From an uncultured Planctomycetota bacterium (GTDB lineage: Bacteria; Planctomycetota; Planctomycetia; Isosphaerales; Isosphaeraceae), in contig CAWGMQ010000007.1 in NCBI GenBank assembly GCA_963823665.1, positions 448,001-512,000 on the forward strand: a DNA stretch of 64,000 nucleotides, read 5' to 3'. Below, piece after piece: positions 35,963 through 46,186 of the stretch. The position numbers were made by a program, and so were the translations under genes. The notes beneath the pieces were generated by a model that saw only the letters and a list, made by a program, of their open reading frames with translations, ran no database searches and had not been told where the DNA came from. Within the stretch, counting starts at the first letter, position 1; each line of letters begins with the position of its first letter.

Positions 35963-37075
35963 CTAACGCAACGCCACCGGCCGCAACGCAAACCCCGCAG
36001 CCGCCCCTTTGATTTTATTAACCGCAGCCACGTAACAAAACGTGTACGCCTTCGCCTGGCTCAAACCTTCCAGGTAATGAAACTCCCCAATATGGACCCC
36101 CTGATCAACCAGCAGGTATCGATGCACCGGGATCCCCGTCCCGGGCGAATCAGGCGCCGGGTTCACCTCCAATCCCGACGTGTCCGAGCCGACCATGATC
36201 GCACCTTGGTCCTCCACCAGCCATTTCGTGCCCGCTAGGTCAACTCCGGCCGAATCGTGCTCGCCGATCTTGGCGTGTTCCGCACCATCTTCACCCCAGA
36301 ATCGCCCGGTCCCCGTCCGCACGAGTACCACGTCGCCGGGGGAAAGCGTCACGCCTTCCCACGCCAGTGTGTCCTGCAGGTCTTTCCTGGTAATTCGAGT
36401 GTGACCCGGCAGAGCGTCGAGTTTCTTGAACGCGGCCACGTCAATCAGCACACCACGGGCAATAATCGGCGGGATCGTCGCCGCATCGCACTTGCGCGGG
36501 CCCCAATCCCCGCCCCATTCCCCTTCTTTGAAGCCGTTGTACCAGTGATAATCCGGCCCCGCCGTGATGTGCGCCAGCCCGTCGATCTGCGTCGCCACGT
36601 TATCCGAGATGAACATCGCCGCCGAATGCCAGAAAACCAGGTCCGGATTGCTTTCTAGCGGGGGTGCATCCGCGTCTTTCATCCTGTGCACTCCGTCCGG
36701 GCTCCGGAACGAGATTATTTCACCCGGGCTATGACCGGGCCACTTGTAACTCCGCCGGCTGTAAGTCATACCCAGGTCAAAGACTTGCCCGGTCTTGGCA
36801 ATGGAAAGCGCCGCCGCCCGCGATTGATCCGACAGCGCATTGAGCGCACCGACCTCGTCATCCTTCCCCCAGATCCATCCCCATCCTTTGCCTTTGGTGA
36901 ATCCCTTGATCGAGCTCGGCTCGGCAGCTTGCTGCTCTACCAGCGACCGCTCCGACTCACGCCCGAGCACTGCCCCCGCTTCATGGCGAGCACCCCAGCC
37001 CGCCACAATTGTCCCCCCCGCGATCGCCCCCACGCCGACGAGCACAAGGCTCCGCATGCTTCGACCAATATTCAT
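35963..37075 (-). CDS. Cyclase-family (kynurenine formamidase-like) exported protein
   Basis: N-terminal hydrophobic leader; WGKDDEVGALN, TQIDGLAH, ARGVLIDV, VLVRTG. Confidence 0.85.
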   Translation of the reverse strand: MNIGRSMRSLVLVGVGAIAGGTIVAGWGARHEAGAVLGRESERSLVEQQAAEPSSIKGFTKGKGWGWIWGKDDEVGALNALSDQSRAAALSIAKTGQVFDLGMTYSRRSYKWPGHSPGEIISFRSPDGVHRMKDADAPPLESNPDLVFWHSAAMFISDNVATQIDGLAHITAGPDYHWYNGFKEGEWGGDWGPRKCDAATIPPIIARGVLIDVAAFKKLDALPGHTRITRKDLQDTLAWEGVTLSPGDVVLVRTGTGRFWGEDGAEHAKIGEHDSAGVDLAGTKWLVEDQGAIMVGSDTSGLEVNPAPDSPGTGIPVHRYLLVDQGVHIGEFHYLEGLSQAKAYTFCYVAAVNKIKGAAAGFALRPVALR

Positions 37076-37445
37076 CGTGCCGCTCCCCTTTCATTGAATT
37101 CCACGGCTGCTGCTCGCGACTCAATCAGGCCCACTTTTAATCAGCCCACCCACTTGCGAACGGCATTCTAGGCGGCGCCGCCGTCACCTGCAATTAGTCC
37201 ACTTCCCCCGCAGCCCCGGTCCGTGACCCTTCCTGATCGTCCAGCCGCAGACTCAACTTGCTTGTCGCGCCCCATTGTCTGATCGTACAATAGATCTTTT
37301 GTGCCGCTCCCTGTCCGACTCAATTCGGAGAGGCTGGGGCACTTGCGACGATTTCCGGTCGGTATCCTCCGGATTCGACCCTCGTCCGGGTCTGATGCAT
37401 GACCGGTGTCGCGGGCGCGGCAGATCCGCAACAGGAGCGAAGGCG

Positions 37446-38381
37446 ATGTCACACGATCCTTCCGGATCCACCGGGACTGCCCCGGACGCAGACTCAAGTT
37501 CGACCGCCCGCTCCACCACGCGCACGTTTCCGATGCAGCACGGCCACCGCCCTGCTGCATCTGCGGAGATCCCCGCCACGCTCGTCCCGGAACAGGGTTG
37601 GCACTGTTTGCACGTCTTCTACCAGGTGGATCGCGCGCGTCTCGCTTCGATTTCGACGGAACACCGTCGGCAGGGCCGCATCGACCTCCTCCAAGCCCTC
37701 CAGCCGAAGTCGCCAACCGCTCCCAATCAGCTTCAATGCTTCGCCGTTCCCGGACACAAGGCCGATTTCGGCGTCGTGATGGCCGGCCCCGACCTCCGCG
37801 CCCTTCACGGCATTCAAATGGCGATCCAGGCCTCGGCCCTGGGACCTGCCCTTATTCCCACATATTCATTCTATTCATTGAGCGAGGTCTCCGAATACGT
37901 CCCCAATGAGGATCAGTATGCCAAGATCCTCACCGACCGCGAACACCTCGACCCCGCCAGCCCGATGTTCAAGGCCAAGGTTTTGGCATACAGCGAACGG
38001 CTCGGCCCGATGAATCGCCAGCGCCTTTATCCCGAATTCCCGTCGTGGCCCTGTCTCTGTTTCTACCCGATGAGCAAGATGCGGACCGAGGGGCAGAACT
38101 GGTACGTGCTCCCATTCGACGATCGCGCCGATTTGATGTCGCAGCACGGCCGCAGCGGCATGAAGTTCGCCGGCCGCGTATCCCAGCTCATTACCGCTTC
38201 GACCGGCCTGGACAACTGGGAATGGGGTGTGACCCTTTGGGCCCGCAATCCGGCTTATTTGAAGGAAATCGTCTATACGATGCGCTTCGACGAAAGCTCG
38301 GCGAAGTACGCGCTCTTCGGTGACTTCTACTTCGGATACATTCTCCCGCCTGACGAATTGCTCGAAACAATCCGTTTGTGA
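37446..38381 (+). CDS. hemQ: Coproheme decarboxylase/chlorite dismutase-family heme protein
   Basis: GWHCLH, GHKADF, CFYPMSKMR..NWY, HGRSG, STGLDNWEWGVTL, VYTMRFDESSA. Confidence 0.82.
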   Translation: MSHDPSGSTGTAPDADSSSTARSTTRTFPMQHGHRPAASAEIPATLVPEQGWHCLHVFYQVDRARLASISTEHRRQGRIDLLQALQPKSPTAPNQLQCFAVPGHKADFGVVMAGPDLRALHGIQMAIQASALGPALIPTYSFYSLSEVSEYVPNEDQYAKILTDREHLDPASPMFKAKVLAYSERLGPMNRQRLYPEFPSWPCLCFYPMSKMRTEGQNWYVLPFDDRADLMSQHGRSGMKFAGRVSQLITASTGLDNWEWGVTLWARNPAYLKEIVYTMRFDESSAKYALFGDFYFGYILPPDELLETIRL

Positions 38382-38479
38382 AACTTCAAGCACGACCCAG
38401 AATCGTTCCCGCCGTGCAGCCGTGACCCTTCGGGTACCACGTGGTGTTGTTGGTCTTTCTTACGAGGTGAATCAGTCAG

Positions 38480-39040
38480 ATGATGACCAAACCATCGAAA
38501 ACGAAAACGAAAACGACTACGAACACGACTACGAACACGAAGACGAAGCGGACCTCGAAACGGTCTTCCTGGCAGGAGAAGCTCGACCAGGATAAGGATT
38601 TACCGAAGGTGGTGCCGATCGGCCCGACCATGAGCAAGCAGTGGGGTGAGGGAACAGTCGTGGTCCCTGCACCGCGAGAAGTCGACGGCATCATGAAGGC
38701 GGTGCCTGAAGGCAAGCTGATCACCATTCAGGAAATCCGCGCGGTCCTGGCCAAACGCCACGGCGCGACAATCGGCTGTCCCTTGACCACCGGCATCTTC
38801 GCCTGGATCGCCGCCCATGCCGCTCAGGAGGAGCTCGATTCCAACAGCGACGATGACGTGACCCCCTACTGGCGCACGCTCAAGGCCGGCGGCTTCTTGA
38901 ACGAGAAGTATCCCGGCGGCATCGATGCGCACAAAGAAAAGCTTGAGGCCGAGGGTCATGAAGTGGTCGCACGCGGCAAGCGCTTCGCCGTGGCCGATTA
39001 CGAGCGCGCGATCGCCATCCCGAAAACCGGTCGTCGATGA
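38480..39040 (+). CDS. MGMT-family alkyltransferase-like protein
   Basis: VPEGKLIT, CPLTTGIF, TPYWRTLK; K/T-rich N-terminus encoded by hexamer repeats. Confidence 0.75.
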   Translation: MMTKPSKTKTKTTTNTTTNTKTKRTSKRSSWQEKLDQDKDLPKVVPIGPTMSKQWGEGTVVVPAPREVDGIMKAVPEGKLITIQEIRAVLAKRHGATIGCPLTTGIFAWIAAHAAQEELDSNSDDDVTPYWRTLKAGGFLNEKYPGGIDAHKEKLEAEGHEVVARGKRFAVADYERAIAIPKTGRR

Positions 39041-39657
39041 GCGCCGCGAGCAGCTCGCAGGACCAGGCTTCCTCCGCCCGGTTCGACTTGGTCCTTGCGA
39101 GCACGTCGTCGTACAGGCGGGTATTGCTGGAACGATTGGGTCTGTCCTTCCGATCAAAAGCGCCGATCTGTGACGAAAGATCGCTCGCGGCCGAGGAATC
39201 AGACCCGATCCGCCTTGCCGGGAAACTCGCCCACGCCAAGGCCGCCAGCCTGGCGCCCGAGGAACCCGGCGCAACGCTCATCGGCTGCGACCAGGTTCTG
39301 TCGTGCAACGGCCAGGTCTTCGGCAAGCCGGGAACACTCGAGCGCGCAGTGGACCAGCTCGTGTCTCTCTCCGGCAAAGAACACGCGTTGATCACGGCCT
39401 TGGTCGTGCTGAGCGGGACCAAGACATTCCGTCACACGGATGTGACAAAGCTCCGGATGCGCCCGCTCTCTCGCGCCGCGATCGAGCGCTACGTGCTCGC
39501 CGACCAACCGCTCGACTGCGCCGGCAGCTACAAGATCGAGTCCCGCGGCATCACTCTGTTTGAGCGGATCGAATCCAACGATCAAACCGCAATCACAGGC
39601 CTTCCCCTGATCGCGCTGACATCCATCCTGACCGAGCTAGGATTTCAACTCCCCTAG
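39037..39657 (+). CDS. maf: Maf-family nucleotide pyrophosphatase
   Basis: LVLASTSSYRR, IGCDQV, GKPG, CAGSYKIE, ITGLPL. Confidence 0.92.
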   Translation: MSAASSSQDQASSARFDLVLASTSSYRRVLLERLGLSFRSKAPICDERSLAAEESDPIRLAGKLAHAKAASLAPEEPGATLIGCDQVLSCNGQVFGKPGTLERAVDQLVSLSGKEHALITALVVLSGTKTFRHTDVTKLRMRPLSRAAIERYVLADQPLDCAGSYKIESRGITLFERIESNDQTAITGLPLIALTSILTELGFQLP

Positions 39658-39663
39658 CCCAAA

Positions 39664-39857
39664 GTTGGGCGCAGGTCTCCCGACCGCGCCCCAGAGTCGC
39701 CTTTCGCTCCGCGAAAGTGCGTCCTCGTTGGGCGCGGGTCTCCCGACCCCGCCCCCCGTTTGACCGTAGGTCTCCAACCTTCCGGACCGCCATCGCCCAA
39801 GCCCGATGTTGGGCGCGGGTCTCCCGACCCCGCCCCCGCGTCCGACCGTAGGTCTCC
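39664..39857. repeat. Cluster of REP-like palindromic repeats
   Basis: GTTGGGCGCRGGTCTCCCGACCSCGCCCC at 39664, 39727 and 39808; GACCGTAGGTCTCC twice; half of a CCTTTCGCTCCGCGAAAG element. Confidence 0.8.
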
Positions 39858-39972
39858 GAGCGTCCGGACCGTCAGTTCAACGCCCGACCATAGGCCGCCA
39901 AACGTCCAGACCGCCGATCGACAGCCGCCCTCGCGCTCGCAGAGCCCAACAACAACGCGCGCGTTCACAGGC

Positions 39973-40001
39973 TTGACAAAGTCGTCCCAGCGGAGTGGAA
40001 T
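39973..40001 (+). promoter_or_regulatory. Putative sigma70 promoter for the tRNA
   Basis: TTGACA-17 nt-TGGAAT just upstream of the tRNA. Confidence 0.45.
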
Positions 40002-40013
40002 CAAGTACAGCAC

Positions 40014-40087
40014 GTGCCCGTAGCTCAATTGGATAGAGCGTTAGCCTCCGGAGCTAAAGGTTACAGGTTCAACTCCTGTCGGGCATA
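40014..40087 (+). tRNA. tRNA-Arg (anticodon CCG), no encoded CCA
   Basis: Acceptor GTGCCCG/CGGGCAT, D arm GCTC..GAGC, anticodon arm TTAGC-CTCCGGA-GCTAA, T arm ACAGG-TTCAACT-CCTGT. Confidence 0.96.
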
Positions 40088-40130
40088 TTGGAAGCAACGC
40101 CTCCCCGCCTATCGTAAGGCGATAGACGCC

Positions 40131-40825
40131 ATGACATTGCAATTGTTTGAAACTGCAAGATGCGAACTGCCTTGTTACGCGCTGCGGTTGAACGCGTCGC
40201 ATGGACCTGTCAATCGCATCAAGCGATTCAAGACGAAGCGCAACCGATTTCTTCTGAGATTCGGTCCGAGGCGGCGGGTTCGCCTTCGGAAAGAAACCGA
40301 GAAGCTGCGATTAAAGTATGAATCGCTCATCATCGAAGGTAACCTGATTTTCGAAAGCCTGCGCCTCGCAGAGTTGCTATGGCGCAAATCGGTTCTGCAT
40401 GGCGAGTGCGTCTTTGATATCCGGCACGAGCGCGAATTCACGGACTATTACGGGCAATGGGTGCACCCGCGCATGGGGCACTAGAGACGATCGCGAAGTT
40501 CGAGGCATGCGGTCAATTTATCCGGGGATCAAAAGAGTTTCGCGAGCACTACCAAGAGGTGTCCAAGATTCTCGCTGGCGATGATCCGTTTTTCGCCGAT
40601 GCGGTCACTGCATCGAGATGGCAGCGAGCGACAGAGTTCATGCGGCCGAGCCCACAACCAGTGGAAGTTGATAGTTCGGGACGCATCTTTGATGAAACCG
40701 GCAAACAGATTGTGATGCCTGGCCTCGAGCCTGCGAAGATTCTTGGCGCATTGGAAGACGAGCGCCTCGGAAGGATGTACTCGCTCGACGAAGTTGTCGC
40801 TTCACTTGAGCAACATGAGCTATGA
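40131..40825 (+). CDS. Hypothetical protein, possible antitoxin (probable frameshift near 40470)
   Basis: ORF from ATG 40131 overlaps ORF 40457..40825, which ends ALEDERLGRMYSLDEV and overlaps the next gene. Confidence 0.4.
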
Positions 40826-41114
40826 ACTGAGGTTCTCAGGCACATTCGAGGAAGATCTGCGCCGCCTACCGGTGTGGCTTCGGCGACCGGTTCTCGATCA
40901 TGCACGACAACTTGCCGAACAGCCCGCGGCGATGAGTAAGCGGGTGGTATCCCCTCCGTACCCGCCGGGCGGCATGATGAGCACGTTCAGCATACCCAGC
41001 GGCGATATACTCCATCATGTCGTGCTTTTCTTTAAGTATACGACAGACGAGCGGGCCATTAGCGTCTATGCGATCGGGCATACGGCACTCCTTAACGATC
41101 ATGGCCGTGGATGA
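40815..41114 (+). CDS. RelE/ParE-like toxin candidate (99 aa)
   Basis: MSYELRFSGTFEEDLRRLP N-terminus and ISVYAIGH C-terminal strand. Confidence 0.5.
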   Translation: MSYELRFSGTFEEDLRRLPVWLRRPVLDHARQLAEQPAAMSKRVVSPPYPPGGMMSTFSIPSGDILHHVVLFFKYTTDERAISVYAIGHTALLNDHGRG

Positions 41115-41177
41115 GCCAGGCGTTGGAGCGGAAAGAGCAGGCCGTATGACGGTATCATCTCCCCAAGGGCAGTTTAC

Positions 41178-41699
41178 ATGTTTCGACTTTCGATCGCCGG
41201 GATACTTTGGCTGATCGTCCTGGCCGCGCTGAACTTCGCGGCACTCCGCTATTTCGGGCACCTCGCCGACGCAAGTGGAGAGCCCATCGTCCTGTTAGTG
41301 GGCTTGATGCCGCTATTTGATGCTTTTCTCATAAGTTTCTATGCGGCCGCAACCAAACACTACAGTTTTTCGCTCGTGCGCCGGGCCGGTCGCGTTGGCT
41401 TCGCGAAACCCCTTGCCGTGACAACTGGTGTGATGTTGGCTCTGTGTATTTTCCTGTGCTTCGCGGCTCCTAAGGCGATTCTTACACTGATCGTTGATTC
41501 GTTTGATTTCCGTAAATGGTTGGGCATTTTCAGACAGCCGCTGACTTCTAACGAACCCCTGGTGGGAGCAATGCTTTGCGTCCTGATGTCTGGACCTCTG
41601 CTCGTGATTGCAACCGTGTTTTCCGTCATCATGAGCAGATACAGGCTGGTCATAACACGGCGATCGCTGGATACCCCGGCTGGCGACAACCGGCCATAG
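41178..41699 (+). CDS. Multi-TM membrane protein with RLSI leader
   Basis: MFRLSIAGILWLIV...; four hydrophobic segments. Confidence 0.65.
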   Translation: MFRLSIAGILWLIVLAALNFAALRYFGHLADASGEPIVLLVGLMPLFDAFLISFYAAATKHYSFSLVRRAGRVGFAKPLAVTTGVMLALCIFLCFAAPKAILTLIVDSFDFRKWLGIFRQPLTSNEPLVGAMLCVLMSGPLLVIATVFSVIMSRYRLVITRRSLDTPAGDNRP

Positions 41700-41861
41700 T
41701 CCGGCATCGCCGAGGATCGCCGCTACGACGCCGTCGTCGTCGGCTTGGCGGATCGATCGACCCGACGACGACGATGCCCAGGCCGGCGCCCAGCGACTCG
41801 AAATCTCGCCCCGTTTTGAATTTTCCGAGCGGTTCCCGCGTCTAACGCTACGGAGGTCGAT

Positions 41862-42677
41862 ATGATTCGTCGACGAGAAAAGATCGCCGGAGCAATCGGG
41901 GTATTCATCGTGATCGCCGCCGCCGTCGGAATCTGGGAATTCCGGCGCCGGTCCTGGGCTCAGTCTCCGTTGCCAGCCGAGGCCGCCGCGACCGGGAACG
42001 GCCCCGTCATCGTCCTCTCTGACGAGGCTCGGCTGGCGATAGTCGCCGAGAAGAGAAAACATGACGCAATGCTCGCCGAGGCTCGGCTGGCGAGGGTCGC
42101 CGAGAACGATAAAGTGCGGGTCGCCCAGAAGAAAAAATATGACGCAATGCTCGCCGACTCCGCTCGTAAGTATCCTCTGCCGGAGAACTGGCCGCGGAAC
42201 GTGAGGAGGTGGAAATCCGTGATGGAGCCCAACGGCGACATGTATCTCGTCCCAGCCGATCCCGACCCGCCGCCCGATCGATTCTTCGTTTCGATCGCGA
42301 TTCCGAAGCGCGATACAGGGCCGTTCGAGCTTGCCGAGCCGTCCGAGCTGGCCAAGGCCGCCGCCGCCGTGCTGCGCGAAAATGAGCCGATCAACCCCGG
42401 TCGGATGCGATCGTTCGGCGAGGGCTTCGATCGATACGCGGGCGTCGAGTTTTTAGGATGGAGTCTAACCATCGTGTCAGTCGAGCCGATCGGTGAACAT
42501 GGCTGGCGAGCCGAGGTGAAAGTTTGCCCGCAACGGGCTTTCGCGCCTACGATGATGGTAATGGGGAATCTCCATCTCGAAGTCTATTCCTACGTCGACG
42601 GCAAGCTGACGCTCGAGAGCCAGCGGCCGGGGCCGAACAACGAGTCTCCCGTGCCTTCGCGGGCAGGGCGACCTTGA
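41862..42677 (+). CDS. Membrane-anchored hypothetical protein with an internal duplication
   Basis: GGAGG RBS; N-terminal TM; EARLA.VAE and DAMLA each occur twice. Confidence 0.65.
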   Translation: MIRRREKIAGAIGVFIVIAAAVGIWEFRRRSWAQSPLPAEAAATGNGPVIVLSDEARLAIVAEKRKHDAMLAEARLARVAENDKVRVAQKKKYDAMLADSARKYPLPENWPRNVRRWKSVMEPNGDMYLVPADPDPPPDRFFVSIAIPKRDTGPFELAEPSELAKAAAAVLRENEPINPGRMRSFGEGFDRYAGVEFLGWSLTIVSVEPIGEHGWRAEVKVCPQRAFAPTMMVMGNLHLEVYSYVDGKLTLESQRPGPNNESPVPSRAGRP

Positions 42678-42834
42678 GCCGCCCATGCGTGCCAGTCAAG
42701 CGTTCAGTAGCGGTGGAGAACGGTCTTTGGGGGCGGGCCGAATCGCGCGACCGAACGACAACTTGTAGACGCTCTCACGACATGAGAGAATGCAAGTCAG
42801 ATCGGGGGGACTGCAACGCACTCGGAACTCCGCT

Positions 42835-43188
42835 ATGAAATACACCAAAGATGCCGCCTATTCACAGCATAGGGCTGGCAGTTTGACTGCACTCACTTTC
42901 GTGCGAGCGGCTTGCTTCGTTACCTTGCTGGTCGGTGCAACTTGGTCGTTCACGTTTCTCGCCATGGCCGTAGTCCTTGGCAACACCACCCCCATCTCGA
43001 TCGGTCTTGTCCTTCTTCTGTGTATGACGCTCGCCATTTGGATGATCGCTGCCGTTTTGGGGACCGCTCTTCTGGTCCCCAAGTGGATTTGGGCCAAGAC
43101 GCAGGACCAACTCCTGCGAACACCGTGCTGGACGGCTGCACGCTCAAGTGTGTGGGACGAGTCGCTCGACGGACCCATTCGAGCCTGA
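42835..43188 (+). CDS. Small membrane protein
   Basis: Two long hydrophobic segments; ends VWDESLDGP. Confidence 0.5.
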   Translation: MKYTKDAAYSQHRAGSLTALTFVRAACFVTLLVGATWSFTFLAMAVVLGNTTPISIGLVLLLCMTLAIWMIAAVLGTALLVPKWIWAKTQDQLLRTPCWTAARSSVWDESLDGPIRA

Positions 43189-43199
43189 ACGAAAGCGAA

Positions 43200-43460
43200 A
43201 GTCCAAGGAGTTCAGCGCGGTTCTCGAGGACAAGAGCAAGCCCGCCAAGGAGCGACAGCGCGCGCTGCTATTCCTCATTCACTTCGTCGAGGACGTGCAC
43301 ATGCCGATGCACGTGGGTGATAACAGCGAGAGGGGTGGGACCGGGCCCAACTCCGTTTCTGCGACTTGGGAACGAATATGCACTCGCTCTGGGACGGCGG
43401 GTTGCTCTCGCAAGTGAGCAACAACGAAGATTACTGGCTCGAGGAACTGACTGTCCTAGC
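43200..43460 (+). pseudogene. S1/P1 nuclease fragment
   Basis: FLIHFVEDVHMPMHVG and, after a shift, TNMHSLWDGGLL match S1/P1 Zn-ligand motifs. Both ends are missing. Confidence 0.7.
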
Positions 43461-43464
43461 GTCA

Positions 43465-44290
43465 GCTCAGAAAGTTTGTCGTATAGGCGAATGGCTTGGT
43501 CTATCTCGCCCCAGAGGCTTCGACCGGTCCGGGCGTCGTGATCCCACTTCCAGCAACGGATGCCAGCAGCTTGGAAGTCATTGTGAAGGCGAGTTGCGAA
43601 TTCTTCGTCGGCGGTGCTATAGCTAATGAAGCACGAATAGAACTGGATCGGCTGCATCGAGTTCAGAATCAAAGGCAGCGATTGAATCAGACTCTCGGGC
43701 AGTCCGCAGCCGCGGAGCAAGACTTTTGGGATGTTTTCCTTCAATAGCAAGAGAGTGTCTGTTCCGAGTGTGCTCGGTCCGATGTGGAGGACGGAGTCGA
43801 GACCGTGTGGCTCGGATAGATCGACGTTCGCAAATATTGTGAAGTAACAACTAACCTCGCTGAGGTTGGCGTCTCCGAGTTTGGCGCTGCAGAAGTAGGC
43901 GCCGCTGAGGTCCGCACCGGTGAGGTCGGCGCGGCAGAGGTCCGCAGCGCTCAAGTCGGCGGCGCCGAGATCAGCGCCGTTGAGATCGGCATCGCGGAGA
44001 GTGGCGTGCCTGAGGTTGACACGGCCGAGGTTGGCGCCGCTGAGGTTGGCGCGGCTAACGTCCGCGCGGCTGATGTCGGCCCACCTGACGTCAGCGTCGT
44101 TGAGGCTGGCTCCAGTGAGGTTGACGCCGCTGAGTTTGGCGCGGCCGAGGTTGGCGCCGCTGAGGTCGGTGTGCCTGAAGTCGAGGAAGCTGAGGTCAGG
44201 GATTTCGTCACCCCCGCCGCGACGGCGGTTCCATTCGGCGATGCCTTCCTTTCCACCCTTGAGCAGCTCGAGCGCTACATCGCGATCCAT
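43465..44290 (-). pseudogene. Pentapeptide-repeat + TIR domain protein, TIR truncated
   Basis: A(D/N)LxG pentapeptide repeats, then FYSCFISYS..FATRLHND..GIRCW..EIDQAIRLYDKL; similarity stops there. Confidence 0.8.
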
Positions 44291-44336
44291 GTCGCTGACC
44301 TCCGTCACTCGCTTGCCTGATAGGTACGGCAAACTC

Positions 44337-44555
44337 TTATGCATCCCGCGGATCGGGCTCGAGGAAGACCGCCCCGTCGCGCCACTTGATCACGACACCC
44401 CAACGTCTTGAAGTATGACCACTCGGCCACGGGTCGGCGCTGATCTCGTCCACGTCGTATCTGCCGGCTTTCCAGTCGCGGATCGCAGGCTCGATATCGG
44501 CGAGGGTATCGACGTCGATGATGGGCTCTTGTCCGTTATGGGTGATTCGGTACAT
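44337..44555 (-). CDS. Small hypothetical protein, paralog 1
   Basis: GRYDVDEISADPWPSGHTSRRWG; aligns with 45435..45650. Confidence 0.7.
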   Translation of the reverse strand: MYRITHNGQEPIIDVDTLADIEPAIRDWKAGRYDVDEISADPWPSGHTSRRWGVVIKWRDGAVFLEPDPRDA

Positions 44556-44609
44556 CGTGCGTCGCCTGGAGAGAAATCCCGCGGCCGGCCGGAGGAGTGA
44601 CAGGCGAGG

Positions 44610-44804
44610 TTAGCCGCGAGTCCTCGTCGTCAAGAGTAGCCATACGGCCCCGAACAAGCACGAGATCCCAACGGCGCCTTGGATCGTCCACCAAGCCCAC
44701 CAACTGTCGCGAGGCATCTCTTTGGTCGCGAACGCGGAATAGACGCAGGCCGCGACGATCAAGAGCAGAACGACTGACAGTAAGGCTCGACCAATGCGCA
44801 ACAT
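44610..44804 (-). CDS. Small two-TM protein
   Basis: GGAGG upstream; two hydrophobic helices. Confidence 0.5.
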   Translation of the reverse strand: MLRIGRALLSVVLLLIVAACVYSAFATKEMPRDSWWAWWTIQGAVGISCLFGAVWLLLTTRTRG

Positions 44805-45434
44805 GACAATCCCGCCTCCGTTAGATGCAACCCGTCGACCATGTGCGGCGGACGGGTTCGCGAAGCTCCGCCTATGATCCTACGTGAAGGACACGCGTGG
44901 ATTGAATGCCCGGGCCGTCCCAGTGAAGTAAGGAACGCCCGGACTGGCGGGGTTAACGATCGCGCCGAGCGCCATGAAATTGCCCAAGAGCGCGACGTCG
45001 CATCGATCCGGTCGAGCACCTCACTATCCGCCTGGCTTCGCGGGCCGAACAGTATCCAGTTTGACGGGGCAGAATAGGGATCGCAAGTGCTGCCGGGGGC
45101 GCTCACGTTCGCTACGGTAGCGCCGGGTCCACATTGCTGATCAACCTTACGCTCACGGGCTGGCTGATTGCCGTACTGATCTACTGTCCGTTGCGCCGGC
45201 GGTTCTATCGGTCGAAGGATGGTCCAGACGCCTCGCTGTGAAGCCCGCCCCTAGTCATCATACAAATTAGTGTCGATCAGAATCGCAACATCGTTCGTCA
45301 TGGAACCACCTTCGTTCGGAGTTCCGATTTAGCGCACCGCTCAGCGCGACCGCGTAGCACTCTCTCAGTCATCATCATGGCGCAAAGAACCGGCCGCAAG
45401 ATCCCAGTGGAGGCGAATGTGGCGGGCCGTTCGC

Positions 45435-45650
45435 TCATGGCCACGGATCGGGCTCGATCGCAACCGTGCCATCTGCCCATTTGATCCCGACACCCCAGCG
45501 GCGCGAAGTGCGGCGACTCGGCAGCGGATCAGCTCTGATCTCATCGATGTGATATCGGCCCGGCTGGTTCGAGCGGATCACGGGCTCGATTGCTTCCGCG
45601 GTATCGACGTCAACGAATTTATCCGACCGGGAGTTTTTGATTCGGAACAT
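45435..45650 (-). CDS. Small hypothetical protein, paralog 2
   Basis: GRYHIDEIRADPLPSRRTSRRWG; about 40 of 71 residues identical to paralog 1. Confidence 0.7.
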   Translation of the reverse strand: MFRIKNSRSDKFVDVDTAEAIEPVIRSNQPGRYHIDEIRADPLPSRRTSRRWGVGIKWADGTVAIEPDPWP

Positions 45651-45697
45651 CGTCCTCTGCAAGAGCGTGCTCACCATCGTGAACCTCGCCGTTGCGG

Positions 45698-46186
45698 TCA
45701 TTGGCCCGCCAGGTCCCTGAATGCGGTGATTTCGATGGTCGAGTTCCCATCACGGACGTCCTTATGCGCCGTGAAAACGATCTTGGTTGGGTAACCGAGC
45801 TTCGGGTGATAAGTAGCCACGATCGTCGCGTAATTGGGGTTTTTGGAAACAGTGTGAATGCTCGCGAATAGCTCGTCGATGGTTAGGCGAGGTGGGTCAA
45901 TGTAGCTCAACGAAGTGACGGTTTTTACGACGCCCCCACGAACTTCGATCTGGCCAGCGTCCTGGCCGAAGCTGTGGGCCGAGAAGGGGTGGATCTCAAA
46001 GGAATAATCGTGGATGCCACTCCGTTTCCAGCGCTCCTCAGCCGCGGTCAATGCCGCGGTCTGATCGGTCGTCAGTGCAGACCGGGACGTCGGTGCAGGC
46101 CGGGAGCAGCCTACCACCATCAGCACGGCCCAGCAGCAGACCAAGATCCTGGATCGACGTGAGAGTTGCATAGGCGTAGGCAACAT
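45698..46186 (-). CDS. Lipoprotein, DUF6174-like
   Basis: Lipobox VVGC; ERW..GI.DYSF, TIDELF, YHPKLGYP. Confidence 0.65.
   Translation of the reverse strand: MLPTPMQLSRRSRILVCCWAVLMVVGCSRPAPTSRSALTTDQTAALTAAEERWKRSGIHDYSFEIHPFSAHSFGQDAGQIEVRGGVVKTVTSLSYIDPPRLTIDELFASIHTVSKNPNYATIVATYHPKLGYPTKIVFTAHKDVRDGNSTIEITAFRDLAGQ

Noticed and set aside
38497..38548. Hexamer repeats at the ATL gene start as a phase-variation tract
   Set aside because: Units are in-frame multiples of three and degenerate, so slippage would not switch expression.
39664..39857. Three ~29-bp repeats with spacers, CRISPR-like at a glance
   Set aside because: Irregular spacing, spacers contain other repeat parts, no cas genes; they fit REP-like palindromes.
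40014..40130. ORF 40014..40484 starting at GTG
   Set aside because: Its first part is the tRNA itself; any coding start must be downstream (ATG 40131).
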